Of a stretch of 64,000 bases of DNA, positions 14,067-27,266 are shown in pieces. This stretch comes from Octopus vulgaris. Lineage: Eukaryota. Where the stretch lies: positions 66,588,001 to 66,652,000 of the forward strand of contig OX597831.1 in assembly GCA_951406725.2 (NCBI GenBank), written 5' to 3'. Under the pieces are notes generated by a model. That model saw only the letters and a program-made list of their open reading frames with translations, was not told the origin of the DNA and made no database searches. The position numbers were made by a program, and so were the translations under genes. The number at the start of each line of letters is the position of its first letter. Within the stretch, counting starts at the first letter, position 1.

Positions 14067-14170
14067 TAACCTGATGAGTGGCTATATTTATATTGAAGTG
14101 ATTTTCATACTACTACTAATATTTTTACTATAATCATTTCTTAAATATAGCCACGAAATGCGTGTCGTTA
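14067..14170 (+). ncRNA. Type I minimal hammerhead with a long stem II
   Basis: taac-CTGATGA-GTGGCTATATTTA...TAAATATAGCCAC-GAAA-tgcgtg-TC-gtta; paralog at 30710-30813. Confidence 0.6.
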
Positions 14171-14420
14171 TTCTACCAAATATTTACGTTTTATTTATTA
14201 TTTTGCACTTTACTTTATCATCGTTATATTTTTTATTTTATATTTAATCTTTCTATAATATGTAATTTTCTAGATGTTGTAATTTAATTTTTCATTATTG
14301 AATTGATAAAAGGGTTTTTTTTTCTAATTTATATATATATATATATTATATTTTGTGAAATTTTATTTAGTATTTCTAAATTGAATTTTTCCCTGTAAGT
14401 TTGGAATAATATTCCCTCAT

Positions 14421-14469
<49 letters not shown>

Positions 14470-15161
14470 CCATTATTAGCAGTGGAAGCAATGTTGGTTC
14501 TGAATAACTTTCGGTATGTTTTACTTAACATTGATATACTATTGAAAACCACAAAACTGCAATATTAATCTCAAGTAAGCTTCTGTTATTGAGCTGTAGT
14601 GCTAAATAAGTATATCTGAAGCAGATGTAAAGCATTCACCAGCTGTGGTAGAATTGCAAAGTCATGATTTTTGTGTCTTCACACATCATCAGTAGCAAAT
14701 ATCTATTACCAACTACTTGCTTAAACAAGTTTCATTTCTACTCATATATATTTCTTTACTGCCCACAAGGGGCTAACGTTTCTACCAGCTCACCGCCTTT
14801 CACTTCTACTGATATAGTAAAACAGTGATGACAAGTCTGGTGTTACAAAAATTTGTTATTGACAGTAGAAACAATATTTGTTCATAGTCTTATTCTGTAT
14901 GTCTTGCTTAATGCGAATATGTTATTGAAAGCCACAAAACTGCAATATTTGTTTTTTCCCAATTAAGTAGCTGATGCTGGTGTCTTAGTAATTACTATGA
15001 CACAGAACATATCAGAACTGCCCAGCTTACCAGAAATACTCTGCAAAACTGACAACTCATCACTTGAAGAGCCATAGTAAACCAACGATTACTGTTTCTG
15101 TTTATTCTGTATACGACATTCCTTTGAGCCAGTGTAATGTTGTCACATATCTGTTTTCTAG

Positions 15162-15328
15162 TGAACTCGACTATCAGAAGAACTGTTTGAATTTGGTGTT
15201 GGAGTTTGGCGACATTGACCTTGCAAGTTTGTTCCGTAGCCAATATAAGACAAACAAAATACCCCAAATGATGGTCATGTGCTACTGGACCCAGATGCTG
15301 GAAGCTGTTCTGGTACTCCATAAAGAAG
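15162..15328 (+). CDS. TTK: Mps1/TTK-like kinase domain 1, hinge exon (first exon in the window)
   Basis: AG/GT boundaries. (Y)ELDYQKNCLNLVLEFGDIDLASLF..YWTQMLEAVLVLHKEG aligns with human TTK YDYEI..MECGNIDL..YWKNMLEAV. Confidence 0.92.
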
Positions 15329-15512
15329 GTATTGTATCATACAGGTATTTTTCTAGTGGTGTCATAAAGAAGTTATGTTGTACGGGTGTTTTCCTTAAGA
15401 TTACAGTTGCAATTTTATGGAATTCCAAATGCTTCAAAGCCTGAAAATGTAGAGATATTTCAACATCATATGTTATATAGTACTGTTGTTTGCCATAATA
15501 TAGTTGTGTTCA

Positions 15513-15816
15513 CGAGAACACAACTGTATTATGGCAAACAACAGAGGAAACGGCAAAAAACAGACCACTCTGAAAAACCACCATCCATGAGGGAACGGCG
15601 ACTTTCGAGTCAAAAAGGTCTGCAGAGCTGGAGGAGAAAAGACGACGACGGAAGGAGTGCCAACAACAACCACGTGCGACTCTCCCTTCCGGCACTAGAT
15701 GTCCGCACTGCGACCGATCATTTCAAGCAAGAATTGGTCTTATCGGTCACCTACGGACTCACCAGTAAATTTGCGCGAAGACCATCATCCTCAACCTTGA
15801 TGGATTGCCATCACAT
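15513..15816 (+). mobile_element. RTE-clade LINE 3' fragment with a C2H2 finger
   Basis: ..EEKRRRRKE..CPHCDRSFQARIGLIGHLRTH. 9-bp TSD ttgtgttca at 15504-15512 and 15817-15825. Empty site near 33335 in the paralog. Confidence 0.8.
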
Positions 15817-15881
15817 TTGTGTTCAGTAATGTAATCATGAAAAAGAGTTAGCATAGTAAAATGATATAGTAAAATAACATA

Positions 15882-16154
15882 GGCGCAGGAGTGGCTGTGT
15901 GGTAAGTAGCTTGCTTACCAACCACATGGTTCCGGGTTCAGTCCCACTGCGTGGCATCTTGGGCAAGTGTCTTCTACTATAGCCTCGGGCCGACCAAAGC
16001 CTTGTGAGTTGATTTGATAGACGGAAACTGAAAGAAACCTGTCGTATATATGTTCATATATATATATATAGCTATATATGTATATGTGTGTGTTTGTGTG
16101 TGTGTCCCCCAACATCGCTTGACAACCGATGCTGGTGTGTTTACGTCCCCGTCA
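15882..16154 (+). mobile_element. tRNA-derived SINE family B, truncated by a deletion
   Basis: ggcgcaggagtggctgtgtggtaag..gggttcagtccc head; longer paralog at 33398-33858. Confidence 0.8.
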
Positions 16155-16428
16155 TTTTTAATTTTACCTCATTTTTCTTTCTCCAGTCACTTACTTCATT
16201 AAAAGTTTGCCATGCCAAAAAGGTTGTTGGTCATCAGTAGATTACCTTATGTTTTAAATCAATTTATTACAATAGTGTTTCACCACCTGACCCTTTGGTA
16301 CTTTTCATAGTCTACTTTGTTCTAGGCATTCAAGCCGGGCCTAATGATAATTTCTTTGCACCATTCATGACAGACTTGAACTGGATTGTGAGTCCTTTCT
16401 GCTCTGACTGAAATGATTTTCTTTTCAG

Positions 16429-16622
16429 GTATAGTACATTTGGATTTGAAACCTGCAAACTTCCTGATTGTTGGAGGCCAATTGAAGCTCATAGATTTTG
16501 GTATTGCTGATGTAATACAGACTGGTAAAACTGGCATTAACCAGGAGATACTGATGGGGACACCTGATTACATGAGTCCAGAAGCAATTGCTGTCTACCT
16601 GGATAACTCTAGAAGCCAAAAA
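16429..16622 (+). CDS. TTK: Mps1/TTK-like kinase domain 1, catalytic and activation-loop exon
   Basis: [39 protein letters not shown]; ttttcag|..|gtaagg. Confidence 0.95.
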
Positions 16623-17049
16623 GTAAGGTTTTTAATAATATTTATTCAAATAATTTTACAGGCACTTTTGCTACTTTATTAAAAGACATAAAATTTCCTT
16701 TGTTGTTGTATGAAGTTGCATGGTGTGTAGATTCAATTCAAAAAAAGGAAGCAGATAAATGCTAAAAGAAAAGAAAATATGGAGTTAAATGTTTATATAA
16801 TTGACATGAAAAGTTTTCTGATGATTTATCCTTTGATATGTACATCACATTGAAGGCATTTTCTAAATTAGCTGGTTCTTGCTTTTTAAAACATAGAGGA
16901 CTGTGGTACAGTCACTGAATAGCTTTTGCTATCAACATTGTGTGAAGCATATAGTTGTGTGTAATATCTGGTTGGTGCCAAATTAATTGTAGTTTTTAAT
17001 CATCAACTTTAGGGAAATATTTCAGCTCAGAATAAATCTTATTAATTGA

Positions 17050-17350
17050 AATACAAACATTTTAATGTATACATTTTTCCCATAAAAAAAAACAAATCTA
17101 TCTCTTCCAATAGCATAGAATTCTGAAGTCCTGTAACTGATGACCTTTTTGAAGGACTTTTGAGCTGGTGCATGTTTGTTGAAGACCTTCTTTTGCAGGA
17201 GATGCTTGCAAAAGTAGAAGTCAGTAAAAGAGAAGTGTAGAGAGTAAGCTGGATGTAGTAGAGTTTCATCTTTATTTTGAAGGTTCTCCTCTTCACTATG
17301 AAATTTTTGAAACCAATGTTGAGGTGTGCATTTATGATGGTCCCTTAACC
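17050..17350 (-). mobile_element. Possible degenerate hAT transposase C-terminal relic
   Basis: TFASISCKRRSSTNMHQLKSPSKRS loosely resembles the hAT dimerisation-domain motif. Confidence 0.25.
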
Positions 17351-18642
17351 AAATGCTTTGCATTCCATTTCGAACTTAATTGGGTTTTTTTTTCTATCTT
17401 TAATTTACAGTCTAAAGTAGACACTATTCTCAGTGAAAGCAAAACCATTAGTATAAATCAACAGACTGAAAACAGTGCTTCAAAATGGTACAGTTAGTTA
17501 CATAAATGTCTATTTCAGAATAAGGACGAGAATTTTTGTTTTTAAATGGTTTTTCTGCAAATTAGAAAAGCACCTAGAATTTTTTGACTAGTAAATACAG
17601 CTTATTCATGAGATTTGCGATTTGTAAATTCTGAAATATCTACTGTGTTTCTGAAGAAGAGTGACAGCTCTGATAGCTAGTTAGAATTTTGTTAATTTGA
17701 AATTGTATAAGTTGTAAGGCTGGAGAAATTGGTCCTAAGAAGGGAAGTTTGCATGTAATGTATTAGTGAAGTTACAGAGTATATAGCAAAATTCCCAAAA
17801 GAAAAGTTGTTGTCAAGCCCAAATGACATGTCATGTAATGTAATAGTGAAGTTATAGATTTAAAGGTTTTAATAAAGATATTTTTGCTCAGGTTGACAAG
17901 ATTCCCAATAGTCGATGATGTTTCCAGTAGTAAGTACTCTATAGGTAGACATCATTTTGCTAACAACTCAAGCATGAAATACAAAGGCTATTTATTTATT
18001 TCATAGAGGTAAACTAAAGGAATGATAGTGTTCTGGCAATATGCTATCAGTTAAGCATGATTACATTGACTGCTAGCTTGACATGTATAAGTATTTATCT
18101 CAAAATGGGATATAATCCTTGTGGTCAATTGCATTTGTGATTTGACGTCTCTTCACAATGAGAAATTCTTAATGACTTCATCTATAAAATCTGGATTTTA
18201 GTTTACTTCATTTTACAGATAAAGATTTTTGGTGGGGTTTTGCAACTGTGATTTGTCAAAAAAAGACATCATGAATGCTTTTTAAACTGCAAACTATTTT
18301 CTCTCTATAAGATTGGTCTAACTTCATAAAATGTTTAATTTAGTATAATTTATTTACCTTGGGTTACACCATACTGAGGATTCCAAAGGAGGATGAAATG
18401 GCACTATACATGCTACTAGTGACTGGAAATTTAAATATGTATATTCTGTATGCCTTCTTCACTCTTCGATTTAAATTTCAAACTTCCAAACCCAACTCAG
18501 CTTAACTTAATCCAGAAGTCTTCCCTGTGATAGCTGACCACCTGGGTAAACAATGTATAAGCTTCCCTAGATTGTTTTCGACTGTATATATTTTAAACCT
18601 CTGTCTTAATCTAGCTTACATATTATTTTTATCCGATTCCAG

Positions 18643-18819
18643 ATAGGCTTGAAGAGTGACATTTGGTCTCTTGGTTGTATTCTCTATTTTATGGTCTACG
18701 GTAAAACTCCATTCCAAGAGATTAGAAACACAACAGAAAAACTGATAGCAATAAGAAGTGATAAGTTCAAGATCAAATTTGCTGATGTCAGAAATAAAGA
18801 GCTATTGGATACAATGAAG
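18643..18819 (+). CDS. TTK: Mps1/TTK-like kinase domain 1, subdomain IX-X exon
   Basis: IGLKSDIWSLGCILYFMVYGKTPFQ..LLDTMK; 177 nt, phase 0/0. Confidence 0.95.
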
Positions 18820-19296
18820 GTACGTTTCAATTGTTTGTATGAAATAGTTCAAATTGGTGGTTGATGTTTGTGTGGAATTAGGTGATCTACCTACACTCAG
18901 ATGGCTGGTGTTTGTGTGGGTTTTTGATGAAATATTCACACTCTGGAAACAAGAACATGTATAATTACATGGGATTAATCCAATCTGTGATCTATGTATG
19001 ATTAGATGCAACGGTGTACAACTAGTGGCTGGTATGTGTGTTATTAGATGGAATAGTCTGCATACTGGTAATTGATGGCTTTGTGTATGAGTAGATGAAA
19101 TACTCCACATTCTGGTAGATGGTACATGTATGTGTGATTAGACAGAATGGTCCATGCACACACACATGCACGCGCGCGCGTACACTGATGGTTGGGATTA
19201 AATGGTAGTTGGTGGGTGTGTGATTAGATTGAATGGTCTACACTAGTGATTGCTATTAGGCTGAATAGTCCATGGTCTTGTGGTTGGTGTAAATGT

Positions 19297-19690
19297 CATC
19301 ATCATCATTATCATCATCATTTAACGTCCGCTTTCCATGCTAGCATGGGTTGGACGGTCCAACTGGGGTCTGGGAAGCCAGGAGGCTGCACCAGGCCCAA
19401 TCTGTTCTGGCAGTGTTTCTACAGCTTGATGTCCTTCCTAACGTCAACCTCTCCGTGAGTGGAGTGGGTGCTTTTTACATGCCACCGGCACAGGTGCCAG
19501 ACGAGGCTGGCAAATGGCCACAATCGGATGGTGCATTTTACGTGCCACCGGCACAGAGGCCAGTCGGGGCCGCGCTGGCAACGGCCATGTTCGGATGGTT
19601 CTCTTACATGCCACATGCACTGGTATCACAGTACAATTTCCATTGATTTTGATCGAGATTTCACTTGCCTCAACAGGTCTTCGCAAGTAG
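19297..19690 (-). mobile_element. SINE family A
   Basis: Family tail and internal repeats; partial paralog at 38837-39170. Confidence 0.75.
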
Positions 19691-20198
19691 AGTTTATCTA
19701 CATGTATATTCAGATAAACTGATCCACCTCTGTTGGAGAGTGCTTGTATATAATATTAGATGGAATCATTCACACCCTAGTAGCTAACAGATGTATGGAT
19801 TAGCCTACACTTTGGTGGCTATTGCGTGAGATCAAATGGAATAGTTCTCATTGAGGTAGGAGTATGTATTAAGATACAATGATCCACATTCTAGTCGATG
19901 TATATCAGTAGATGAAATGGTCGTCATTGGTGTCTGCTGCGTGTATGCATGGATGTAAAAAGAACTAATCTACTACTGTTTATCTATCTCTTGAACTCTC
20001 TATTTTCTAGCAAGCTGTATACCCTGCCTCTTTCCTTCCTTCCATCATTCCTTCACTTTTTATTTATGTTCAATCTTTTCACACACGTCTCACATATTCA
20101 CACACCCATACATTAACACATATTGAAGAAAAATTCCAACAAGATTATGTGGATACCAGTATATAGGTTTTGAGATCAAATCCCCTCCAAATGTTTAA

Positions 20199-20418
20199 CC
20201 TTTTAGTGTTTAAACTGGCCATATCTGGCCCAGATATTCTACATGTTTTATATTCAAACTGGCAATATCTAGCCTCTCACACCTACCTGACAATATCATT
20301 TTAAATATAAACAATCACATCATTGAAACCTCAAAGCTATAAGATAATGCATGATTAATTCAAAACAACTTGAGTGGAAAAGTATTACATTTAACAGAGT
20401 AATCTGAACACTAAAGGG
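20199..20418. mobile_element. piggyBac-type MITE, 220 bp
   Basis: TTAA|CCTTTTAGTGTT...AACACTAAAGGG|TTAA; empty TTAA at 39665-39668 in the paralog. Confidence 0.85.
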
Positions 20419-20623
20419 TTAATTGTAATTATATGCAAGGCATCAAGCTGTGGTCCATGTAGCCATGGAGAGTAGGCATTAGATTACCTCAGAATGTTAC
20501 ATGCAACAAACGAGTGTTATCCCTCTAATTTATGTTTTGTACCCTTGAGATATATTTATGATGTTACACACATGCACGCACACATCTACACTTTATATAT
20601 ATCTTACTCTGTTTCTTGTGCAG

Positions 20624-20705
20624 TGCTGTCTGTGCAGAGATCCCAAAGAAAGACCGTCTATTGAAGAAATTCTGCAGCATCCATATTTGAGTGAAATGAC
20701 GATAG
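20624..20705 (+). CDS. TTK: Mps1/TTK-like kinase domain 1, subdomain XI exon
   Basis: CCLCRDPKERPSIEEILQHPYLSEMTI; human TTK has [21 protein letters not shown]. Confidence 0.93.
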
Positions 20706-21750
20706 GTATTTGAGATATTTTTCATCACTACTTAAAATTATTGATAGTAACTTGTATAATGTGTGTAGATATAGTTGTTTTTGTTGATGTGTTACTGTGG
20801 TTATCCCTGCTTGAATAGGGCTCTGCTCTGTAAATCATTTAATTCTTAAAGCTCTGTAGTACTTCTCTATATAAAACTTCATGTCCTATTAGATACATTT
20901 TGCTGATACAATAATATAATAATAACTCTTCTGCTCTTCAGAGATATAAAATTTGAATTTTGTATAATATATCAAATGGTAGTTTTTTTTTAAATTTGAA
21001 GTAATATTATAAAATGGTGTTTGTTTAAAATATAAATTAAAATTTAAAAATTAAAATGTAATAATTAAAATTAAAATGTAAAATTTAAAATTTAAAAATT
21101 AAAATGTAAAAATTAAAATTTTTAAATTACACCAATCAACTTAAGTAAATTAGTAAACAATATAATAATTGTTGGCATACATTGTGAATGTGGGCTTTAC
21201 CTCTTATCATGTCACTTCTACCCGCCAAGGTAGATTGAATACATATAAGTGGATTAGTTGTGAGTATTTTAACATATATTTACAAGATATTGACTCATGG
21301 GTATTGATTTTCTATCTCAGAATTAATTTTATGCTCCATTTAGTCTCTGTAACTTCAAAACTGTATGACTTTGATTAGAAAAAGTATTCAATGGTTTTGT
21401 AAGGCCCAACAGATTAAGTGTTGTTTGCTCTTATTAAAATAATTATGCTCTCCTCAGAAACCCTGCAGTATGCTAAGAATCTACATTTAAAACAGATCTG
21501 TAATTTTTTTTTAATCTTTACCACTCACTAACAAAAGTACCAATACAACAAACAACTATATGATAGCTCCACTCCTGTTCAGAATCCCTTAGAAATAGCT
21601 CTCAGGCTAAAACAATGCAAACGCATTGTGACTAGCGATGTGTAGCAACATCTGATGGTCTGTTCGGTCACGTGATCACGTGATATATAAATATACTTAA
21701 CATTTTCATTCTTATTGTTGTAACTTACTTTAATGTTCCTTAAATTCTAG

Positions 21751-21850
21751 GAAACCTGAAGCCTGAAGAGAAACCACCTATACCAGATTCAGATTTACCT
21801 GTTGGTACTGTGAAAAATAAATTCCTGGCAAGTTTGGCTACTTCAAATGG
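21751..21850 (+). CDS. TTK: Inter-kinase linker exon 1
   Basis: ttctag|GA..GG|gtaagc; open frame GNLKPEEKPPIPDSDLPVGTVKNKFLASLATSNG; phase 1 to 2 fits both neighbours. Confidence 0.75.
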
Positions 21851-22060
21851 GTAAGCATTTGATACTTTTGAATTGAAAATGGCCACGTTGCTAAGAGAGT
21901 GGACAGTTTGATTGTTTTTAGGTCATGTCTGCTGCAGGTATTTTGCTCTGTAACATTTCATTTAACATTGCTGAGATCAGTTAGCTATCAAGAATAAAAA
22001 GTACTAGATTACCTGGAGACATTACCAACGATAAACTAATATCCTATCCACAAGGAAAAT

Positions 22061-22080
22061 TGGTGACCCCGACGTGATTT
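22061..22080 (+). mobile_element. tRNA-Trp primer-binding-site-like sequence (LTR element relic)
   Basis: TGGTGACCCCGACGTGATTT is complementary to the eukaryotic tRNA-Trp 3' end including CCA; an AATAAA-containing segment precedes it. Confidence 0.55.
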
Positions 22081-23289
22081 CCTATAGGTGGTTTTAGGCT
22101 GCCATGAGCTTTCTCTTAAGTTATATTAATATTGTATATTCTCTAATTAGTTTTGTTACAGTAATGTAATGCTATTTATTGCGTTTCCTATTTGGAAATA
22201 GATTATTTTATTTGGCTTTTTAAGTAAGGGTGTATATAATGATTAAAACGTCACTTATAACTTAAGTGTTATCATTATACGCAAACCCGAATTTCAGTAT
22301 ATAACGCCATAGAGAAATATACTTACGGAACGCTAAGAATATTAGCGTCATGTATGTATAATATTATCTTCATGTTCATTTAACCGCTATAAGAAAATAT
22401 AATCTAATGATTACAGAAATGAATATTTATTTATACACAGTTGAAAAACGTGAAGAGAAAACATTTTCTTAATTAGTTTTATTATATAAATATAACATTT
22501 TATATTATGTACATGTGAAAGAAAAGATTATTTTCGTCGTGTAGAAGTACGACTATATATATTCACTAGCTAATTCATAAAGCTAACTAATAGATGAATC
22601 AACAATTCAAAATAGACTTGTTGACTTTCCTTTGGACATGGCATGAAAAATTACCAATGTCTCAAAGGAGTGAGTGTCATGGAGTTTCATTACATCCAGT
22701 AAACACTAAAGTTTTTTCCAAAATCCAGGGTTTTTATAACTGCTCAACTTGACTTAAAAGAATCGAAATCCATTACAAATATTCTTTACGTAATTTTTTA
22801 GAATTCTTATATGAGCAGTTATATTAACCAATTGAAAAAACGACCACAATAATTCTTCGGCAATGCGACATTACGTCATATTGCCAGCTACTGCAAATTG
22901 GCGCGTTATTTTAAAATGGCTAAAATGGCTACTTGCAACATATAGCCTTTGGCCAGAAAAATTGTTAAAATTTTGCGAAAAAGAAATTCGTAATACATAT
23001 ATATTTCAATACAACATTTGAATTAATAGTTACAACACATCAATATATACAATGCAGTTATAAATTACATGTTAAACATATGAAATTAGCCTTTCAATAC
23101 GGCTTTACAATTATAATGTTCATATACAGTTCATTTCAGTTCATTGGAAAAAAAAAATCTCTTTTTCTTTTTTTTATACCTGTTTCTGTCTGTCCCACTC
23201 TAACCTTTCATCATCTGGCACAAGACCACTTCCTTGAAAGCCCCCTTCTCTCTCAAATGATCTTTGTCTTGCAAGTTACTTGGTGGCCC

Positions 23290-23577
23290 TGCTAGAGCTG
23301 GTGCCATGTAAAATGCATCCATTGCACACTGTATAGTGGCTGGTGTTTACATTCAGCTGTAAAACCATTCTAAAACTGACCTCACCTGTGTTTGTGCCTC
23401 ATAAAAGCACTCAGTCCACTCTGCTGGGTGGTTGGTGTTAGGAAGGGCATCCAGCTGTAAAAACCATGCCAAAACAGACACTGAAGCATGATACAGTCTT
23501 TTGCTTAGCCAGCTTCTGTCAAACCATCTAACCCATGCCAGCATGGAAAGTGGGCATTAAATGATGATGTTGATGAT
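23290..23577 (+). mobile_element. Older SINE family A copy
   Basis: ggaagggcatccagctgtaaaa..catggaaagtgggcattaaatgatgatg. Confidence 0.65.
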
Positions 23578-23794
23578 AGTACAAGTGGAGTATTTTGGTT
23601 AGCCATATAGTAACAAAAGGTTTAAGAAGCTTGCTTTCAAATCATGTGGTTAGGGGTTTGATCCCACTGAGTAAATATTGTTCTACTATAGCCATGGACC
23701 AACCAATAATTTGTGAGTGAAATTGGTTGTTAGAAACAAAAGAAGCCTGTTGTGTTTGTGTGTATTTCTCACTGCGTTCATGCAGTGGAAACAC

Positions 23795-23972
23795 CTTTCT
23801 TCACCTGCAGGGAAGATGATGGCCTCAGTTTTGAGGGATGCAAAAGGCATTGTGTTTTTTGACTGTCTTCAAAAGGGCCACACCATCAATTGAGAGTACT
23901 ATGCTAACTTACTGAGGCTGTTATGAAAGACTATCAAGACCAAATGCCCAAGAAAACTGATAAAAAAAGGTC
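23795..23972 (+). mobile_element. Mariner transposase relic
   Basis: AGKMMASVLRDAKGIVFFDCLQKGHTIN*EYYANLLRLL. Confidence 0.75.
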
Positions 23973-23974
23973 TT

Positions 23975-24285
23975 ACAGTTCTATATTTAAGAGATGAGGA
24001 ATTATGTACATTATTTACATTTGACGGATATTTGTCAAATGTTGGCATAGTGGTTGAGAGTGTGGGCTACTAACCCCAAGATTCCGAGTTCAATTCCAGG
24101 CTGTGACCTGAATAATAATAATAGTAGTAATAATAATAACATTGAAAAATACCTCAGGAATGAGAACCCAGGTTCAAAATTTCCCCAAGACACCTGATGA
24201 AGGCTGGAGGGTATATCAGCTGAAAGATTGTGTTAATAACAAACAAGATGAGGACAAATATCTGTCAAATGTAAATAATGTAAAT
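23975..24285 (+). mobile_element. tRNA-headed SINE-like element with a hammerhead and a 30-bp inverted repeat
   Basis: A box TGGCATAGTGG (24043) and B box GAGTTCAATTCC (24086). acac-CTGATGA-aGGCTG..CAGCt-GAAAgatt-gtgt at 24190-24233. Inverted repeat 24007-24036/24253-24282. Confidence 0.55.
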
Positions 24286-26209
24286 AATAATCAGGGCAAT
24301 GGTTTCAATGACTAGATTAAATACCAGTAATATTAAAGGGATAAATTACATAACTGTAATATTACTATGTATTATCCTTACATAAGTGAACTCACCGTCA
24401 TTTTAATAGATCAAAATTTAACTTAGTCTAATCTAAGTGTTCACCTTAAGCATAGTCATCATCTCCCAACTTGAAACAATCTGAACTACTTAATTGCAAT
24501 AGAGATTCAGTCTGTGTGGTTCCTATTAAATTCATTGTATCAAGCAGGTTATATTGAACCTTGTTCTAGGTGCAATAACAGTGGTTCCTTATTAAATGTT
24601 GTTTAAAATATTATAAATTCAATGCTCATTGTCAGTGTAAAATCTTTATTGTTTTTATATATATTAGGTTGTTTGGAAATACTGATTTTTCGCAAACATG
24701 TTTTCAAATTTGATTTAAGTTGTTATTTTTGTAATGTTTTACATGAAATTTTACATGCTTAATAATTGATGTGTACTCATCATCATCATCATTTAATGTC
24801 TACCTTCCATGCTGGCTTGGGTTGGATAGTTTGATAGGAGCTAGCCAGACAGGAGCCTGCACCAGACTTCTGTGTCTGTCTTGGCAGGGATTTTTATGGC
24901 TGGATACCCTTCCTAACACCAACCAACCAACCAACAGAGTGGACTGAGTGCTCTTTACGTGGCACAAGCACAGATAAAGTCAGTTTTACAATTTCAACCA
25001 ATCATTGACGTCTATTGAGGTAAAAACATTCTGTGTCGTATGAATATGTCCCTCGTTTAAGAAACAAATTGGATTTATTTACATTTGTGAAGAAAAAAAG
25101 ATACCCTTCCGTCCACCCCTAACCCTAACCCAGATTGAAATGCAATAGATCGATACCAGGGTCATAATTATGGGTGACAATTTCATATGACACCGCTAGA
25201 AAAAATTGCCGTTCAAACCGAAAAGATCCTTTTATAGTGACTATTAATGGCAGTGCTTACAACTGGATATAATTTTTAAAATTTTGGTAGTTTCAGAAGA
25301 GAGACAAGTTAAAATATTTGACTTTTAAAGTAATTTATTGCAGTTTCTTGTCTCTGTTGCTTCATCATTTCTTGCACTTTGATCAAAGATCAACGTGCAG
25401 CTAAACTGGAATAATGATGAAGATGTGATGATTTAGTCTGTAATACTGAAACAGCAGTGATGAAACTGAATTTTAGCAGAATATTGAAATAGCAGTGATT
25501 AAATGGAATTTTAGCAGAACCAACCCTGATTCCCTTGCGTATCATTTTCCACAAATGATATCTAATATAGTAATGTGTATCAACCACAAATATCTTACAA
25601 ACCATAGAATTTTCTCAATAAAGCCAAGAGAAAAAGATGTGTTATAAACACATTCTATCAGTATACGAAGTTTAAAATTTTTTAGGTACCTAGAAATTAT
25701 GTTAAAAACTGCCATTCAAACCGAAAAGATCCCTAAATAGTTTGAAGAGGAGGGAAGTTACTGAAGTCTTCATAGAGCTGTTGTAGATGATGCTGAGCTT
25801 GAACTTGTGTAGGAAGACACGTAAAGGAAATGTTTAAGCAGTTCATTCTTGAGGGTTGCAGTCACGATAGAAATGCCCAGGCAAATTATTTATTACAAGA
25901 AATAGGATTAATGAGAGGAACAGTGAATGTGGAGTGCTACTTGTTTGGTCAGAATACCAGCAACTGCTATAGTAGCAGTAGAAACATTTGAGAAATAGCA
26001 CCTTGTTATATGTGCACTGTGATATTGAGAGTTAAGTATTTTTATCAGAGACTCGATACAAGCAGTATTCATTTACGTTTCAGTTGAATGTACCTGTTGT
26101 ATCCACTGAAAAGTAATAATAAAGCTCAATGATTGTTAGTTGTTTGTACAATCCCCTGTTCCTCAAAATAAAGATCATTGTATCTGTTTGAATAACACTT
26201 AAACATTTA

Positions 26210-26728
26210 AACATCGACTGGCCTCCATTCCGGTGGCATGTAACAAACACCATCCGATTGTGGCCGTTGCCAGCCTGGCCTGGCCTCCGTGCCGGTGGCA
26301 TGTAAAAAGCACCATCTGAGCATGGCAATTTGCCAGCCTCATCTGCCACCTGTGTTGGTGGCACGTAAAAAGCACCATCCGATTGTGGCCGTTCGCCAGC
26401 CTGGCCTGGCCTCCGTGCCGGTGGCACATAAAAAGCACCATCCGAGCGTGGCCATTTGCCAGCCTCATCTGCCACCTGTGTTGGTGGCACATAAAAAGCA
26501 CCATCCGATTGTGGCCGTTCGCCAGCCTCGTCTGGCACCTGTGTTGGTGGCATGTAAAAAGCACCCACTACACTCACGGAGTGGTTGGCGTTAGGAAGAG
26601 CATCCAGCCATAGAAACACTGCCAGATCAGATTGGGCCTGGTGCAGCCTTCTGGCTTCCCAGACCCCAGTTGAACCATCCAACCCATGCAAGCATGGAAA
26701 GCGGACGTTAAACGATGATGATGATGAT
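26210..26728 (+). mobile_element. SINE family A with internal tandem repeats
   Basis: About five repeat units and a ggacgttaaacgatgatg tail. Confidence 0.8.
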
Positions 26729-26826
26729 TTAAAAATCGCACTGTTATGTAGCAGATTGTAGCTTTTATTTATTGATGACTTATTTGGAGGAGCTTGTTTC
26801 TTTTATTGTGTTGTTATGTCTTTCAG

Positions 26827-26908
26827 TCCTGCTAGTATCGATGCAGTCATCACTCCGCAGGTAAAGGATACTGCTCCCTCTGCAACGAATCTTGTACAGT
26901 TAGAGAAG
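26827..26908 (+). CDS. TTK: Inter-kinase linker exon 2
   Basis: ctttcag|T..AAG|gtaggt; PASIDAVITPQVKDTAPSATNLVQLEK; phase 2 to 0. Confidence 0.75.
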
Positions 26909-27021
26909 GTAGGTACTTTGGTTTTGTTATCAGCCACACCTCCTCTGGCATTCTGTGTGTTTGTAATCTGTGATATATCCATCCACTTGATATAGTAACA
27001 TAACCTATTTTAATATTTCAG

Positions 27022-27096
27022 AAACTACGTTCTTTAATGGTCAACAATAAAGTGTACACAGTTGTAAAGAAGGTTGGCAAAGGTGGAAGCAGTACA
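27022..27096 (+). CDS. TTK: Mps1/TTK-like kinase domain 2, Gly-rich loop exon
   Basis: KLRSLMVNNKVYTVVKKVGKGGSST; human TTK has [21 protein letters not shown]. Confidence 0.92.
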
Positions 27097-27266
27097 GTAA
27101 GTACTTATTTATTTTATCTATGTGTGCTCAGGTGTGGCTTTATGGTTAAGAAGCTTGTTTCCTAACTGTGTGGTCTGAGGCTTAGCCTCATTGTACAGCA
27201 CTTTATACAAGTGTCTTATAATATAGTGTGTGCATGTGCTCTTCTCTTCGCATCATATGATGATTG

